Source: Bacteroidales bacterium (GTDB lineage: Bacteria; Bacteroidota; Bacteroidia; Bacteroidales; UBA4181). From it: a DNA stretch of 54,649 bases. The position numbers were made by a program, and so were the translations under genes. Below are positions 47,159 to 54,594 of the stretch, in pieces. The stretch covers positions 1-54,649 of the forward strand of contig JAVBMZ010000088.1 of assembly GCA_031551935.1 (NCBI GenBank). Direction: 5' to 3'. How positions within the stretch are numbered: the first letter of the stretch is position 1; each line of letters starts with the position of its first letter. The notes below the pieces were generated by a model. It made no database searches. It saw only the letters and a list, made by a program, of their open reading frames with translations, and had not been told where the DNA came from.

Positions 47159-47160
47159 CT

Positions 47161-48240
47161 TCAATCTTTCAGTTTGGCGTACATCAACAAGTTATCTTTT
47201 ATCACAACCTTGTCGCCAGACTCGACGCCTGATTCGATGTAACTAGTATCTCCGGTTTGGATATACAGTTCCACTTCAGTAACAACAAAACCACCTTCCG
47301 CTTGCTTCACCACGAAATAGCGGTTGTCATCGAAAATTAATGTTTTGGTTGGCACAGTAGCCATCAGTGTTTCGCGACTGTCGCGTAATGTCAGGTCTAC
47401 AGCCATTTCCGGTTTGAACCGTAAGTCAGCGTTGGGCATCACGATACGCGCTTTCAGCACATGTTCTTCCGGATCAAATACCTGAGACATTGCATCAATT
47501 TTTCCGTGGAATACTTCGCCGGGATAGGCCGACGCTCGGATGTCGACTGGCAATCCCAGTTTTACAGAAGCAAGGTTGCCGGCATATACATTGGCGATGA
47601 TCCATACATGACTGATGTCTGCTACGGTAAATAATGGTTCGTTCTCGGCAGCAATCTGCGCTCCTGGAGCGATGTTTTTATCTACCACAAAACCGCTGAT
47701 GGGTGCCTTGATGACGAATGTACCGTCATGTCCCGATGATCCATAGAGCGACAGGTTAATTTTTACCTTTTCCAATTCTGCTTCAGCTTGTCTCAGACGA
47801 CCCTGAGCTTCCAGCAATTCTTTTTGTGACGACAAGTTGTCCTGGTACATGCTTTGTATGCTTTCCACGTCTCGGGTTAGGGTTTTCACTTCTGCTTCGA
47901 GTCCTTGCCGTTCTGCTTCCATTGCACTTAGTTCAGCGCTGCGTATCATAGCCATCGGCTGTCCTTGTTGGACACGATCGCCCAGATTGAAATTTGTGTT
48001 GATCACCATGCCACTGGCCAACGAAATATAACGGATCAGTCGGTCAGGGTCGTAATCTACCTTACCGGTCAGTTTTAGCTGTTGTTCCACATTTTGTGAG
48101 GTAACCGAATATGTTTCCACGTTTTTGAGAAATTCAGGGTCAAACATTTCTTCGGCTGGTTTCGCCTCCTGCGGTTTCGTTCCGCACGATGTGGTGATAA
48201 GCATTATGATAATGAATAAGATGTATTTTGTGGTTTTCAT
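47161..48240 (-). CDS. czcB: RND efflux periplasmic adaptor (membrane fusion protein, CzcB/HlyD-like)
   Basis: Lipoprotein-like signal IIIMLITTSCG, a coiled-coil hairpin (AELSAMEAERQGLEAEVKTL...RLRQAEAELEKVK), and position between the OMF and RND genes. Confidence 0.85.
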   Translation of the reverse strand: MKTTKYILFIIIMLITTSCGTKPQEAKPAEEMFDPEFLKNVETYSVTSQNVEQQLKLTGKVDYDPDRLIRYISLASGMVINTNFNLGDRVQQGQPMAMIRSAELSAMEAERQGLEAEVKTLTRDVESIQSMYQDNLSSQKELLEAQGRLRQAEAELEKVKINLSLYGSSGHDGTFVIKAPISGFVVDKNIAPGAQIAAENEPLFTVADISHVWIIANVYAGNLASVKLGLPVDIRASAYPGEVFHGKIDAMSQVFDPEEHVLKARIVMPNADLRFKPEMAVDLTLRDSRETLMATVPTKTLIFDDNRYFVVKQAEGGFVVTEVELYIQTGDTSYIESGVESGDKVVIKDNLLMYAKLKD

Positions 48241-48335
48241 TTTGAAAGATTTTTTGATTTGATAGATGCCCCTAAATCCCCTAAGGAGACTTTGCGAAAA
48301 GCGTGATATATCGTACTCTCTTTAGGGATCGGGGA

Positions 48336-49628
48336 TTATAATTCCGTTCCCACTGCGTATTGCAACTCCTCGAAACTTACTTTTATGTCCTTTTGCGCAG
48401 CTAATACGGTGTGTTTGTTTTCCTTGTAAGCCTCGAAGAAGTCGAGAAATTCCACGATACCAATATTTTTATTGATGAAATTACGGGCATAGCTGTCCTG
48501 TATCTCGTCTAAGTTCGAAATAAACTCTTCAGCTATTTGGCGGTTGAAATCGTATGCCAGTGTATAATTTTGCAGGGCGTGAGCTACCTCGCTATGCACT
48601 TCTAATTGCTTGTATTCGGTTATCGTTTGGCTTTGCCTGATGTTGATTTGTGCCGCTTTGATGTTTCCTTGATTGCGGTTGAAAAACGGCAAGTCCATAC
48701 TGACTCCGAAACCTACGAAATCATTCATGGCGTTGCCGGCACGGTCATACGCTGCAATGAACGTAAGGTCGGGCATCCGTTGAGCTTTTTCGTACCGTAA
48801 TGATTTTTCGTAATAATCCTTCTGGAACATTGTTTCCTTCAAATCGGGACGCGAAGATTCAGCTAATTTGATCAATTGTCCGTATGATAGGCTTTCTGGC
48901 GCTTTTGCGCTTGTCTCCGATGTGTTCAGTACAATATATACTGGTGTAGCAATATTCAGCAGTACCTTCAGGTTTTTCTGCTGCTGGTTCACGTCTTTCT
49001 GCAGGTCGTTTATTTCCGAACGTACCCCGAGCAAGGATGCTTGCAGACGCAACAACTGGCTCTGCGACACATTGCCCTGCATGGCCTGGTTGCGGTAATT
49101 GACAATCAGGACATCGAGATTAGAGTGCTGTTTTACCAATATTTTGCAGTATTCCTGCAAGTAAACCATCTCGGCACAGGTATTTCGCAGCTCTGTTTTG
49201 AGGCTGCGCAACAACTCCTCGAAGTACTGTACGGCAATATCGCGCGAAACCACTTCCATTTCCACTAATTTGCGACGTTTGCCGCCCAACACGATGACTT
49301 GTTCCAGTCCGATAGCAAATTCGGTATTCCGTGCAAACGAACCAAACAGGGGTGGAATGATTTCGTCTTGTCCTTGGCGCTGGGCATCGGTAGCCCACAG
49401 GTTAACCTGATCGAGCGTAAGAGTTGGATTGGGCCACAGCTTTGCCTGTATAATTGCTGATTCGGCTTTGTCGATATTCAACTTTTCGGCAATTAATTGT
49501 AGATTTTGCTTGATAAAAATGTCTTCGGCTTGTACCGGCGACAAATAAATGGTATCCGTCTGCGCCAAAGCATAACTGCCTGAAAACAGCAGGCACGCGC
49601 ACACCAGCAGTTTGATGAATGCATTCAT
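48336..49628 (-). CDS. czcC: TolC-family outer-membrane efflux protein (CzcC-like)
   Basis: 430 aa with signal peptide LLVCACLLFSGSYALAQ and a duplicated helical/beta repeat. It is the first gene of the CBA-type order. Confidence 0.8.
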   Translation of the reverse strand: MNAFIKLLVCACLLFSGSYALAQTDTIYLSPVQAEDIFIKQNLQLIAEKLNIDKAESAIIQAKLWPNPTLTLDQVNLWATDAQRQGQDEIIPPLFGSFARNTEFAIGLEQVIVLGGKRRKLVEMEVVSRDIAVQYFEELLRSLKTELRNTCAEMVYLQEYCKILVKQHSNLDVLIVNYRNQAMQGNVSQSQLLRLQASLLGVRSEINDLQKDVNQQQKNLKVLLNIATPVYIVLNTSETSAKAPESLSYGQLIKLAESSRPDLKETMFQKDYYEKSLRYEKAQRMPDLTFIAAYDRAGNAMNDFVGFGVSMDLPFFNRNQGNIKAAQINIRQSQTITEYKQLEVHSEVAHALQNYTLAYDFNRQIAEEFISNLDEIQDSYARNFINKNIGIVEFLDFFEAYKENKHTVLAAQKDIKVSFEELQYAVGTEL

Positions 49629-49798
49629 TAGTTTTTGAATTATTTAACGTATTGAGAAGTGTTATTCGACTTGAAGCTTTAATAACACAATATTGAAATG
49701 ATCCATGAGCAATCACACCATAGCATGGGTTGCTGTTTTTATGTTTATTGACTCAGGATTTTACCAGTTTAAGAGTACTTAGACTGGAAAGGTAGTTT

Positions 49799-50176
49799 TT
49801 ATGATGCCAGTTCGGGCGGGTGGTCGATAGTTCCGTAAGTATATAACGAAGACATAGTTTCTTCGATGAGGAGAAATATTTTATATGTCAACACATACGG
49901 GCGTTCCAGCTCAGTAAAAGTCATCAAGCTCTGGTCGATCAAAGGCTGTGCAGTCTTTGCAGAATTGTATGATTCCGGAGAATCACCATCTTCATCAATG
50001 TAGTTGTACCAGCCAGCCCAGCCAATAATCAATTCGAGAAGGCTGTTAATTTCGGAGCTCGATACGGCTTGTGTGTTGTATATTTCGGTGCCGGGCATAG
50101 CCACAAAAAGTCCCCTGTTGATATAGAATATCAACAGACAAGCCATCATGAAATATTTAAACCACGTGCGACACAT
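49799..50176 (-). CDS. Hypothetical small membrane-anchored protein upstream of the czc operon
   Basis: The first ATG, at 50176, gives MCRTWFKYFMMACLLIFYINRGLFVAMPG; the track start at 50215 is TTG. There is an acidic stretch YIDEDGDSPESY. Confidence 0.5.
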   Translation of the reverse strand: MCRTWFKYFMMACLLIFYINRGLFVAMPGTEIYNTQAVSSSEINSLLELIIGWAGWYNYIDEDGDSPESYNSAKTAQPLIDQSLMTFTELERPYVLTYKIFLLIEETMSSLYTYGTIDHPPELAS

Positions 50177-50246
50177 TATGTTGCAAAAATAAGATATTTC
50201 GAAATAATATTGCAAAAATAATATGTTGTTTGTCTTTTTTGATACA

Positions 50247-50284
50247 TGATTTTTACAGACCGACCAGTCGGTCTGTAAAAATCA
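50247..50284. repeat. Palindrome P2 (CCGACCAGTCGG core) with non-terminator flank geometry
   Basis: TGATTTTTACAGACCGAC-CA-GTCGGTCTGTAAAAATCA has 18-nt arms. On both strands the T-run lies 5' of the stem and the A-run lies 3'. Confidence 0.75.
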
Positions 50285-50705
50285 AATCATGGAACAGTAA
50301 GCGATTTTCCAAAACTTTATTGAAGTCATTGTGGCATTTGTACAAATTATTACGAAATTCGCACGAAATTGGTAAAACACGAACAGAATACCATGCATTA
50401 TTATAATAATCAAACTCTTGAGAGTGAAACAATCATTCGGACAAAAATATTTTTTCCACTCATGTGTCAGCATTCATAAGCGTTGAACCATTAATAACAA
50501 AGTGAACAGTTGACACATGCTGGGACATATCCATCATTGAAAAAGGGTTACCGGTACTTATCAAGTTGCTGAAACTGGACAATACAACAAATCAGGAATA
50601 AATATTTTTATTTTTCAAATCCGTAAAATATTTTCCTTTCTCATTTGTCTGCAATAGTAGCAGCAATATTCAAATTTAATTTTAACAAATATAAATATAT
50701 ACATC

Positions 50706-51080
50706 ATGAAAGAGAGAGGTATTAAATTGGCGCTTTTGGGATTGGCAGCCATTACCGGATTTAGTGCGGCAGTCATGTTTATCTGGAATTGGTTGATGCC
50801 AAGCATTTTCGGTTTAGTAACCATTGGTTTTTGGCAAGCATTAGGTATGCTTGTATTGGCTCGCATATTGTTTGGAGGCATTGGAGGTGGCAGGGCGTGG
50901 ATGGCAGGTGGAATGCATGCCAATATGCGGGATCATAATCCCATCCGCGAAAAATGGATGAAAATGACTCCCGAAGAACGGAAAGAATTTATCAAGAACA
51001 GACATCGTCATTTTCCCGGAAATGAGTATTTTGGGCGTCCTCCCTTTGATATGGGCGATGAACCGAAAAAAGAAGAATAA
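50706..51080 (+). CDS. Small two-TM membrane protein with a Gly-rich segment and a charged His-containing tail; candidate anti-sigma partner
   Basis: 124 aa. The stop TAA abuts the ATG of the ECF sigma gene (TAAATG). TM segments are LALLGLAAITGFSAAVMFIW and LVTIGFWQALGMLVLARILF. The tail is MTPEERKEFIKNRHRHFPGNEYFGRPPFDMGDEPKKEE. Confidence 0.6.
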   Translation: MKERGIKLALLGLAAITGFSAAVMFIWNWLMPSIFGLVTIGFWQALGMLVLARILFGGIGGGRAWMAGGMHANMRDHNPIREKWMKMTPEERKEFIKNRHRHFPGNEYFGRPPFDMGDEPKKEE

Positions 51081-51647
51081 ATGTCCGTATTCGAAGAAAA
51101 AAAAGTCGAAGAACTGATTATCGAATATCAGCCGCGTCTGAAATCGTTCATCCGTAAACGGGTGGCGAATAAGGAAGATGCGGATGATATTCTACAAGAG
51201 GTTTTTTACCAGTTGGTGAAGGCTGACAGCCTTGTGACGCCTATTGAACAGGTCTCGGCTTGGCTTTACCGGGTAGCACGCAACCTTATCATCAACAAAA
51301 GTATTAAGAAAAAGGAAGAAGAACTACCCTATTACCACGATAGCGAAAGCGATGATGGTGTCCTGAAAGATTTCTCTGAAATCCTGTTCAGCAGTGAGGC
51401 ATCGCCATCGCCTGAAACAGAATACCTTCGTTCTTTGGTTTGGACAGAATTAGATAATGCACTTTCGGAATTGCCTCCTGAACAGCGGGAAGTATTTGAA
51501 CTGATGGAATTAGATGGAATACCGGTAAAAGAGTTATCACAAACGACAGGCGTCTCCGTCAATACACTGCTTTCGCGAAAACATTATGCGGTGCTACATC
51601 TTCGCAAACGGCTGGCTGAGTTGTATCAGGATATTATCTGTACATGA
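51081..51647 (+). CDS. ECF-type RNA polymerase sigma-70 family factor
   Basis: Region 2 is DADDILQEVFYQLVK...WLYRVARNLIINK, and region 4 is LPPEQREVFELMELDGIPVKELSQTTGVSVNTLLSRKHYAVLHLRKRL. Confidence 0.85.
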   Translation: MSVFEEKKVEELIIEYQPRLKSFIRKRVANKEDADDILQEVFYQLVKADSLVTPIEQVSAWLYRVARNLIINKSIKKKEEELPYYHDSESDDGVLKDFSEILFSSEASPSPETEYLRSLVWTELDNALSELPPEQREVFELMELDGIPVKELSQTTGVSVNTLLSRKHYAVLHLRKRLAELYQDIICT

Positions 51648-51658
51648 TTTTTTATGCC

Positions 51659-51690
51659 AAAACAGACCGACCGGTCGGTCTGTTTTTTTT
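51659..51690. terminator. Palindrome P3 (CCGACCGGTCGG core), a bidirectional terminator between the sigma and CofE-like genes
   Basis: AAAACAGACCGACCGGTCGGTCTGTTTT is a perfect 28-nt palindrome, extended by a T8 run on the plus strand. Confidence 0.8.
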
Positions 51691-51759
51691 GTTGTGTTAA
51701 ATATCTTTACAACAGTTGTTTAGGGAAAATAGTTCTCAGTGATCTTTGCTGCGAAATAA

Positions 51760-52935
51760 CTAATCGGAAAAATTCTTGAAATAATTTTGGATAAGGATGA
51801 TCGGTGTTCCCTTATCACCACTACCACTGGTCAAATCCGAGAGACTACCGATTAAATCCACCAGCCTGCGCGGGGTAGTTCCCTGAGAAACAAAGGTATT
51901 CTGTTCCTTCAGTTTTTTTGCTGCAATGATTTTTTTGATTTCTGTAACTGCGTCTTCACCATTTAATGCCTTTAAATCGTTATCAGCAATATATTTCAGT
52001 TTGAGTTCATTGGGTAATCCCTCCAAACCAGGCGTATAACCGGGACTTACCACCGGATCAGCAAGTTCCCAAATACCTCCTGCAGGATCTTTAAAGGCGC
52101 CATCTCCATATACCATACATTCCATCATTTTACCTGACGCTTTGTTCAATGAATGTTGTAGATCCGAAGCAAATCCCATGGCGTCGCGAGGAAAAAGTTT
52201 TACAGTTTCGGAATCAGAAAGATTACTTCCCAAGAGACCATATTGCGGGTGATAACCACTACCATCCACACTTGCGGTCATCAAATCGGATAAACTATAA
52301 ACTATTTCTGCACCTGCTTTGTACAGTAACCGTTTTGTCCGCTCACGGGTGTGTATATCGGCATTGATGATGTATTTGGAAAATTTCAGGATGTAAGCCG
52401 GATCATTGGATAAAACAATTTCAATGTTTGGATGTAATTCTTTGTAATATTGAATATAATCGATCCCAGTAAAAGGATGGGCAAAGGTTGGAAAATATTT
52501 TCTGAACTCTTTTTCGGTAAAGTTGGTCACAGCAGGATTAATGCCAAACTCGTCAAGTAAATCCATGCTGATTAACTGATTGCCCACTTCATCTGAAGGA
52601 TAAGACAATTGTACCACCAACTTTTTCACGCCCATGGCTGCAGCCTTTAACAGAAGAGAAAAACGGTTCCGTGACAGAATGGGAAAAATCAATCCTACCG
52701 TTTCATTGCCGAACTTGCTATGAATGTCTTTGGAAATTTGCGTAACGCTTGCATAGTTTCCTTGTGCGCGGGCTAATACAGCTTCTGTAACCGAAACAAT
52801 ATCCCTGTCGTTCAGGATAATACTATTTTCTTGTACAGCTTTCATGACGCTGTCTGTTACAATTTTAACAAGATCATCGCCTTGTCTGATAATGGGCGCT
52901 CGTATGCCACACGAAATGGTTCCTAATGTGTTCAA
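51760..52935 (-). CDS. CofE-like (F420-0:gamma-glutamyl ligase family) protein
   Basis: The N-terminal block GIRAPIIRQGDDLVKIV...IVSVTEAVLARAQG resembles the CofE fold. The start is apparently TTG. The family call rests on recall only. Confidence 0.4.
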   Translation of the reverse strand: MNTLGTISCGIRAPIIRQGDDLVKIVTDSVMKAVQENSIILNDRDIVSVTEAVLARAQGNYASVTQISKDIHSKFGNETVGLIFPILSRNRFSLLLKAAAMGVKKLVVQLSYPSDEVGNQLISMDLLDEFGINPAVTNFTEKEFRKYFPTFAHPFTGIDYIQYYKELHPNIEIVLSNDPAYILKFSKYIINADIHTRERTKRLLYKAGAEIVYSLSDLMTASVDGSGYHPQYGLLGSNLSDSETVKLFPRDAMGFASDLQHSLNKASGKMMECMVYGDGAFKDPAGGIWELADPVVSPGYTPGLEGLPNELKLKYIADNDLKALNGEDAVTEIKKIIAAKKLKEQNTFVSQGTTPRRLVDLIGSLSDLTSGSGDKGTPIILIQNYFKNFSD

Positions 52936-53059
52936 AATATTTTTTCTAAAAATATGGATATAGATGCAAATTTAGACAATAAAGTGATTTAAATTTTTTC
53001 AAACATAAAAGCAATTCAAAAAAATATATTTTTATCTGATTATCAATAAATTATAAATG

Positions 53060-53872
53060 TGGATTGTTTATTGGAAAAAGTAACCAAAAAGCAAATAGAA
53101 GAATGTAGTTTACCATTTATCCGGTCAATAAAAAGGATTTAAGTCCAAAGTAAGTTTGGTGGAAGTGTTTCAATGCATCATCCATAAACTAAAAACAGGG
53201 GTTCAATGAAAGTTTTTATTTGCAGATATAGAATCAGATTAATATCCATTTTAGTGGCAGTTGGTTTGTTATTACCGGAAATAGAGTGATTTTGGAGTTT
53301 TTGAACAAATGTTTTGGACTTATTTGGAAATTCAAAAAGACAAATTGGGTACAGAGAATTTGAATCTGGAAGGGACTCACAGTTTATCCAAAAAAGCAGG
53401 AGAATCTGTGCTTATCAATCCCGTAAACTGGGGCAGATATCCAATGTTTTGATCATCACCGATGGTAAAGCTACCCTCATCCGTCTGGGAAACATTTTAC
53501 CAGGTAAATCATCATGATGAATATCGGATAATACCTCAACTTTCCCAAAAAGATAAAAAATTTGAAGCAATCGAGTATTTTTGTAAAAAACAGTTTACTG
53601 AATGCTGACAAAGGCTTTGGCTATAAAATTGCGGGCTTGTTTCAGAAGAAAGATAGCGCTAAATATTAAGGGAGGCCCAAGAAACAGAAAAACAATCAAA
53701 AGAGGATGCAAACGCCTTTTTGATAAGAAAATTCATCAAAGAAAATTCATTTCTGAAAGGTTTTTTGCTTGGATAGACAGTTTAAACAAAATTGATACGT
53801 TTTGACGTTTCAGATAGAGTCTGGTTTAATTGGTATTATTTGGCGTTTGCTCTTACCCTTTTTAAAGTTTAA
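53060..53872 (+). pseudogene. Degenerate IS5-family (DDE_Tnp_1-type) transposase relic, multiply frameshifted with internal stops
   Basis: Transposase-like pieces are spread over three frames: KKQIEECSLPFIRSIKR, VSLVEVFQCIIHKLKTG (across stops), LNLEGTHSLSKKAGESV / AYQSRKLGQISNVLIITDGKATLIRLGNILPG, LLNADKGFGYK, RRKIALNIKGGPRNRKTIKRGCKRLFDKKIHQRKFISERFFAWIDSLNK and NWYYLAFALTLFKV. Confidence 0.75.
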
Positions 53873-53960
53873 ATAAAAAATCCGTCTTTCAAAATATTTT
53901 TTTACAACATTGTAAGTTTTTTATGATTATAGCAACTAATAGCGTAAATAATCAATTCAA

Positions 53961-54461
53961 ATGGAAAATTTAGAAAATACTTTTCTGGCTGTCATCAAGG
54001 ATTACCAAAATATCATTTACAAGGTGAGCAGGATGTATAGAGATACTAAAGAAGACCAGGAAGATTTGTTTCAGGAAATTGTTTTTCAATTATGGAAAGC
54101 TTTTCCCGGCTTTCGCAATGAATCAAAAATAAGTTCATGGATGTATCGGATTGCTTTAAATACCGCGATTAGTGTATTCCGAAAAAAAAATGTAAAAATG
54201 ATTTATGCTGGATCATTTCCCGAACAAATACATCCATTAGACAAAAATGAAATCTCCGAAAATGAAGAGTTGATGTATGAGGTCTTAAGGCGGTTAAATG
54301 ATGCTGAAAAAGCACTTATATCCCTTTACCTGGAAGATTATTCATATCAGGAAATTGCCACAATAGCCGGGATAAGTGAAGCCTATGTAGGTGTGAAATT
54401 AAATAGAATAAAAGACAAATTAAAATTAATCTTAAAAACTATAAATAATGGAAACAAATGA
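53961..54461 (+). CDS. ECF-type RNA polymerase sigma-70 family factor
   Basis: Region 2 is DQEDLFQEIVFQLWKAFPGF....SWMYRIALNTAIS, and region 4 is LNDAEKALISLYLEDYSYQEIATIAGISEAYVGVKLNRIKDKL. Confidence 0.85.
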   Translation: MENLENTFLAVIKDYQNIIYKVSRMYRDTKEDQEDLFQEIVFQLWKAFPGFRNESKISSWMYRIALNTAISVFRKKNVKMIYAGSFPEQIHPLDKNEISENEELMYEVLRRLNDAEKALISLYLEDYSYQEIATIAGISEAYVGVKLNRIKDKLKLILKTINNGNK

Positions 54462-54594
54462 TTTAAAGTCGATTTGGAAAGAATCAGGCACAAGCCGGAA
54501 AAGCGAATCATCATTAGCCCCAATGACAAAAATAGCCGCCACGAACAAAACCAGTATTTTCTTCATGTCGGGCCTCCCTTCGTTGCAGAGTTAA
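54448..54594 (+). CDS. Possible truncated remnant of the sigma-associated downstream (anti-sigma-like) gene
   Basis: The ATG overlaps the sigma stop by 14 nt. Manual translation gives METNDLKSIWKESGTSRKSESSLAPMTKIAATNKTSIFFMSGLPSLQS (48 aa) with no TM segment. The opposite strand carries a signal-peptide-like start, MKKILVLFVAAIFVIGA, at 54566. Confidence 0.25.
   Translation: METNDLKSIWKESGTSRKSESSLAPMTKIAATNKTSIFFMSGLPSLQS

Noticed and set aside
47054-47164. N-terminal extension of czcA from a TTG at 47164 (MKPHPSLPPKWRRRGHFTNVAGFNKSTIQQLKIKNQE)
   Set aside because: The extension is a translation of the G/C-tract and AT-repeat spacer, starts at a TTG overlapping the czcB stop, and precedes a canonical RND N-terminus at the ATG at 47053. 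Similar over-extended starts were trimmed for thrS (21936), the beta-lactamase-like gene (24974), the Met-rich protein (27749), the OMP (29933), the oxidoreductase (32812), NfeD (38992) and the 49799 gene (50215).
50282-50923. Minus-strand ORFs 50282..50473 and 50615..50923
   Set aside because: The first lies in the AT-rich divergent regulatory region and has an implausible sequence. The second is antisense to the small membrane protein gene, and its translation is a mirror of that gene's Gly/Ala-rich segment.
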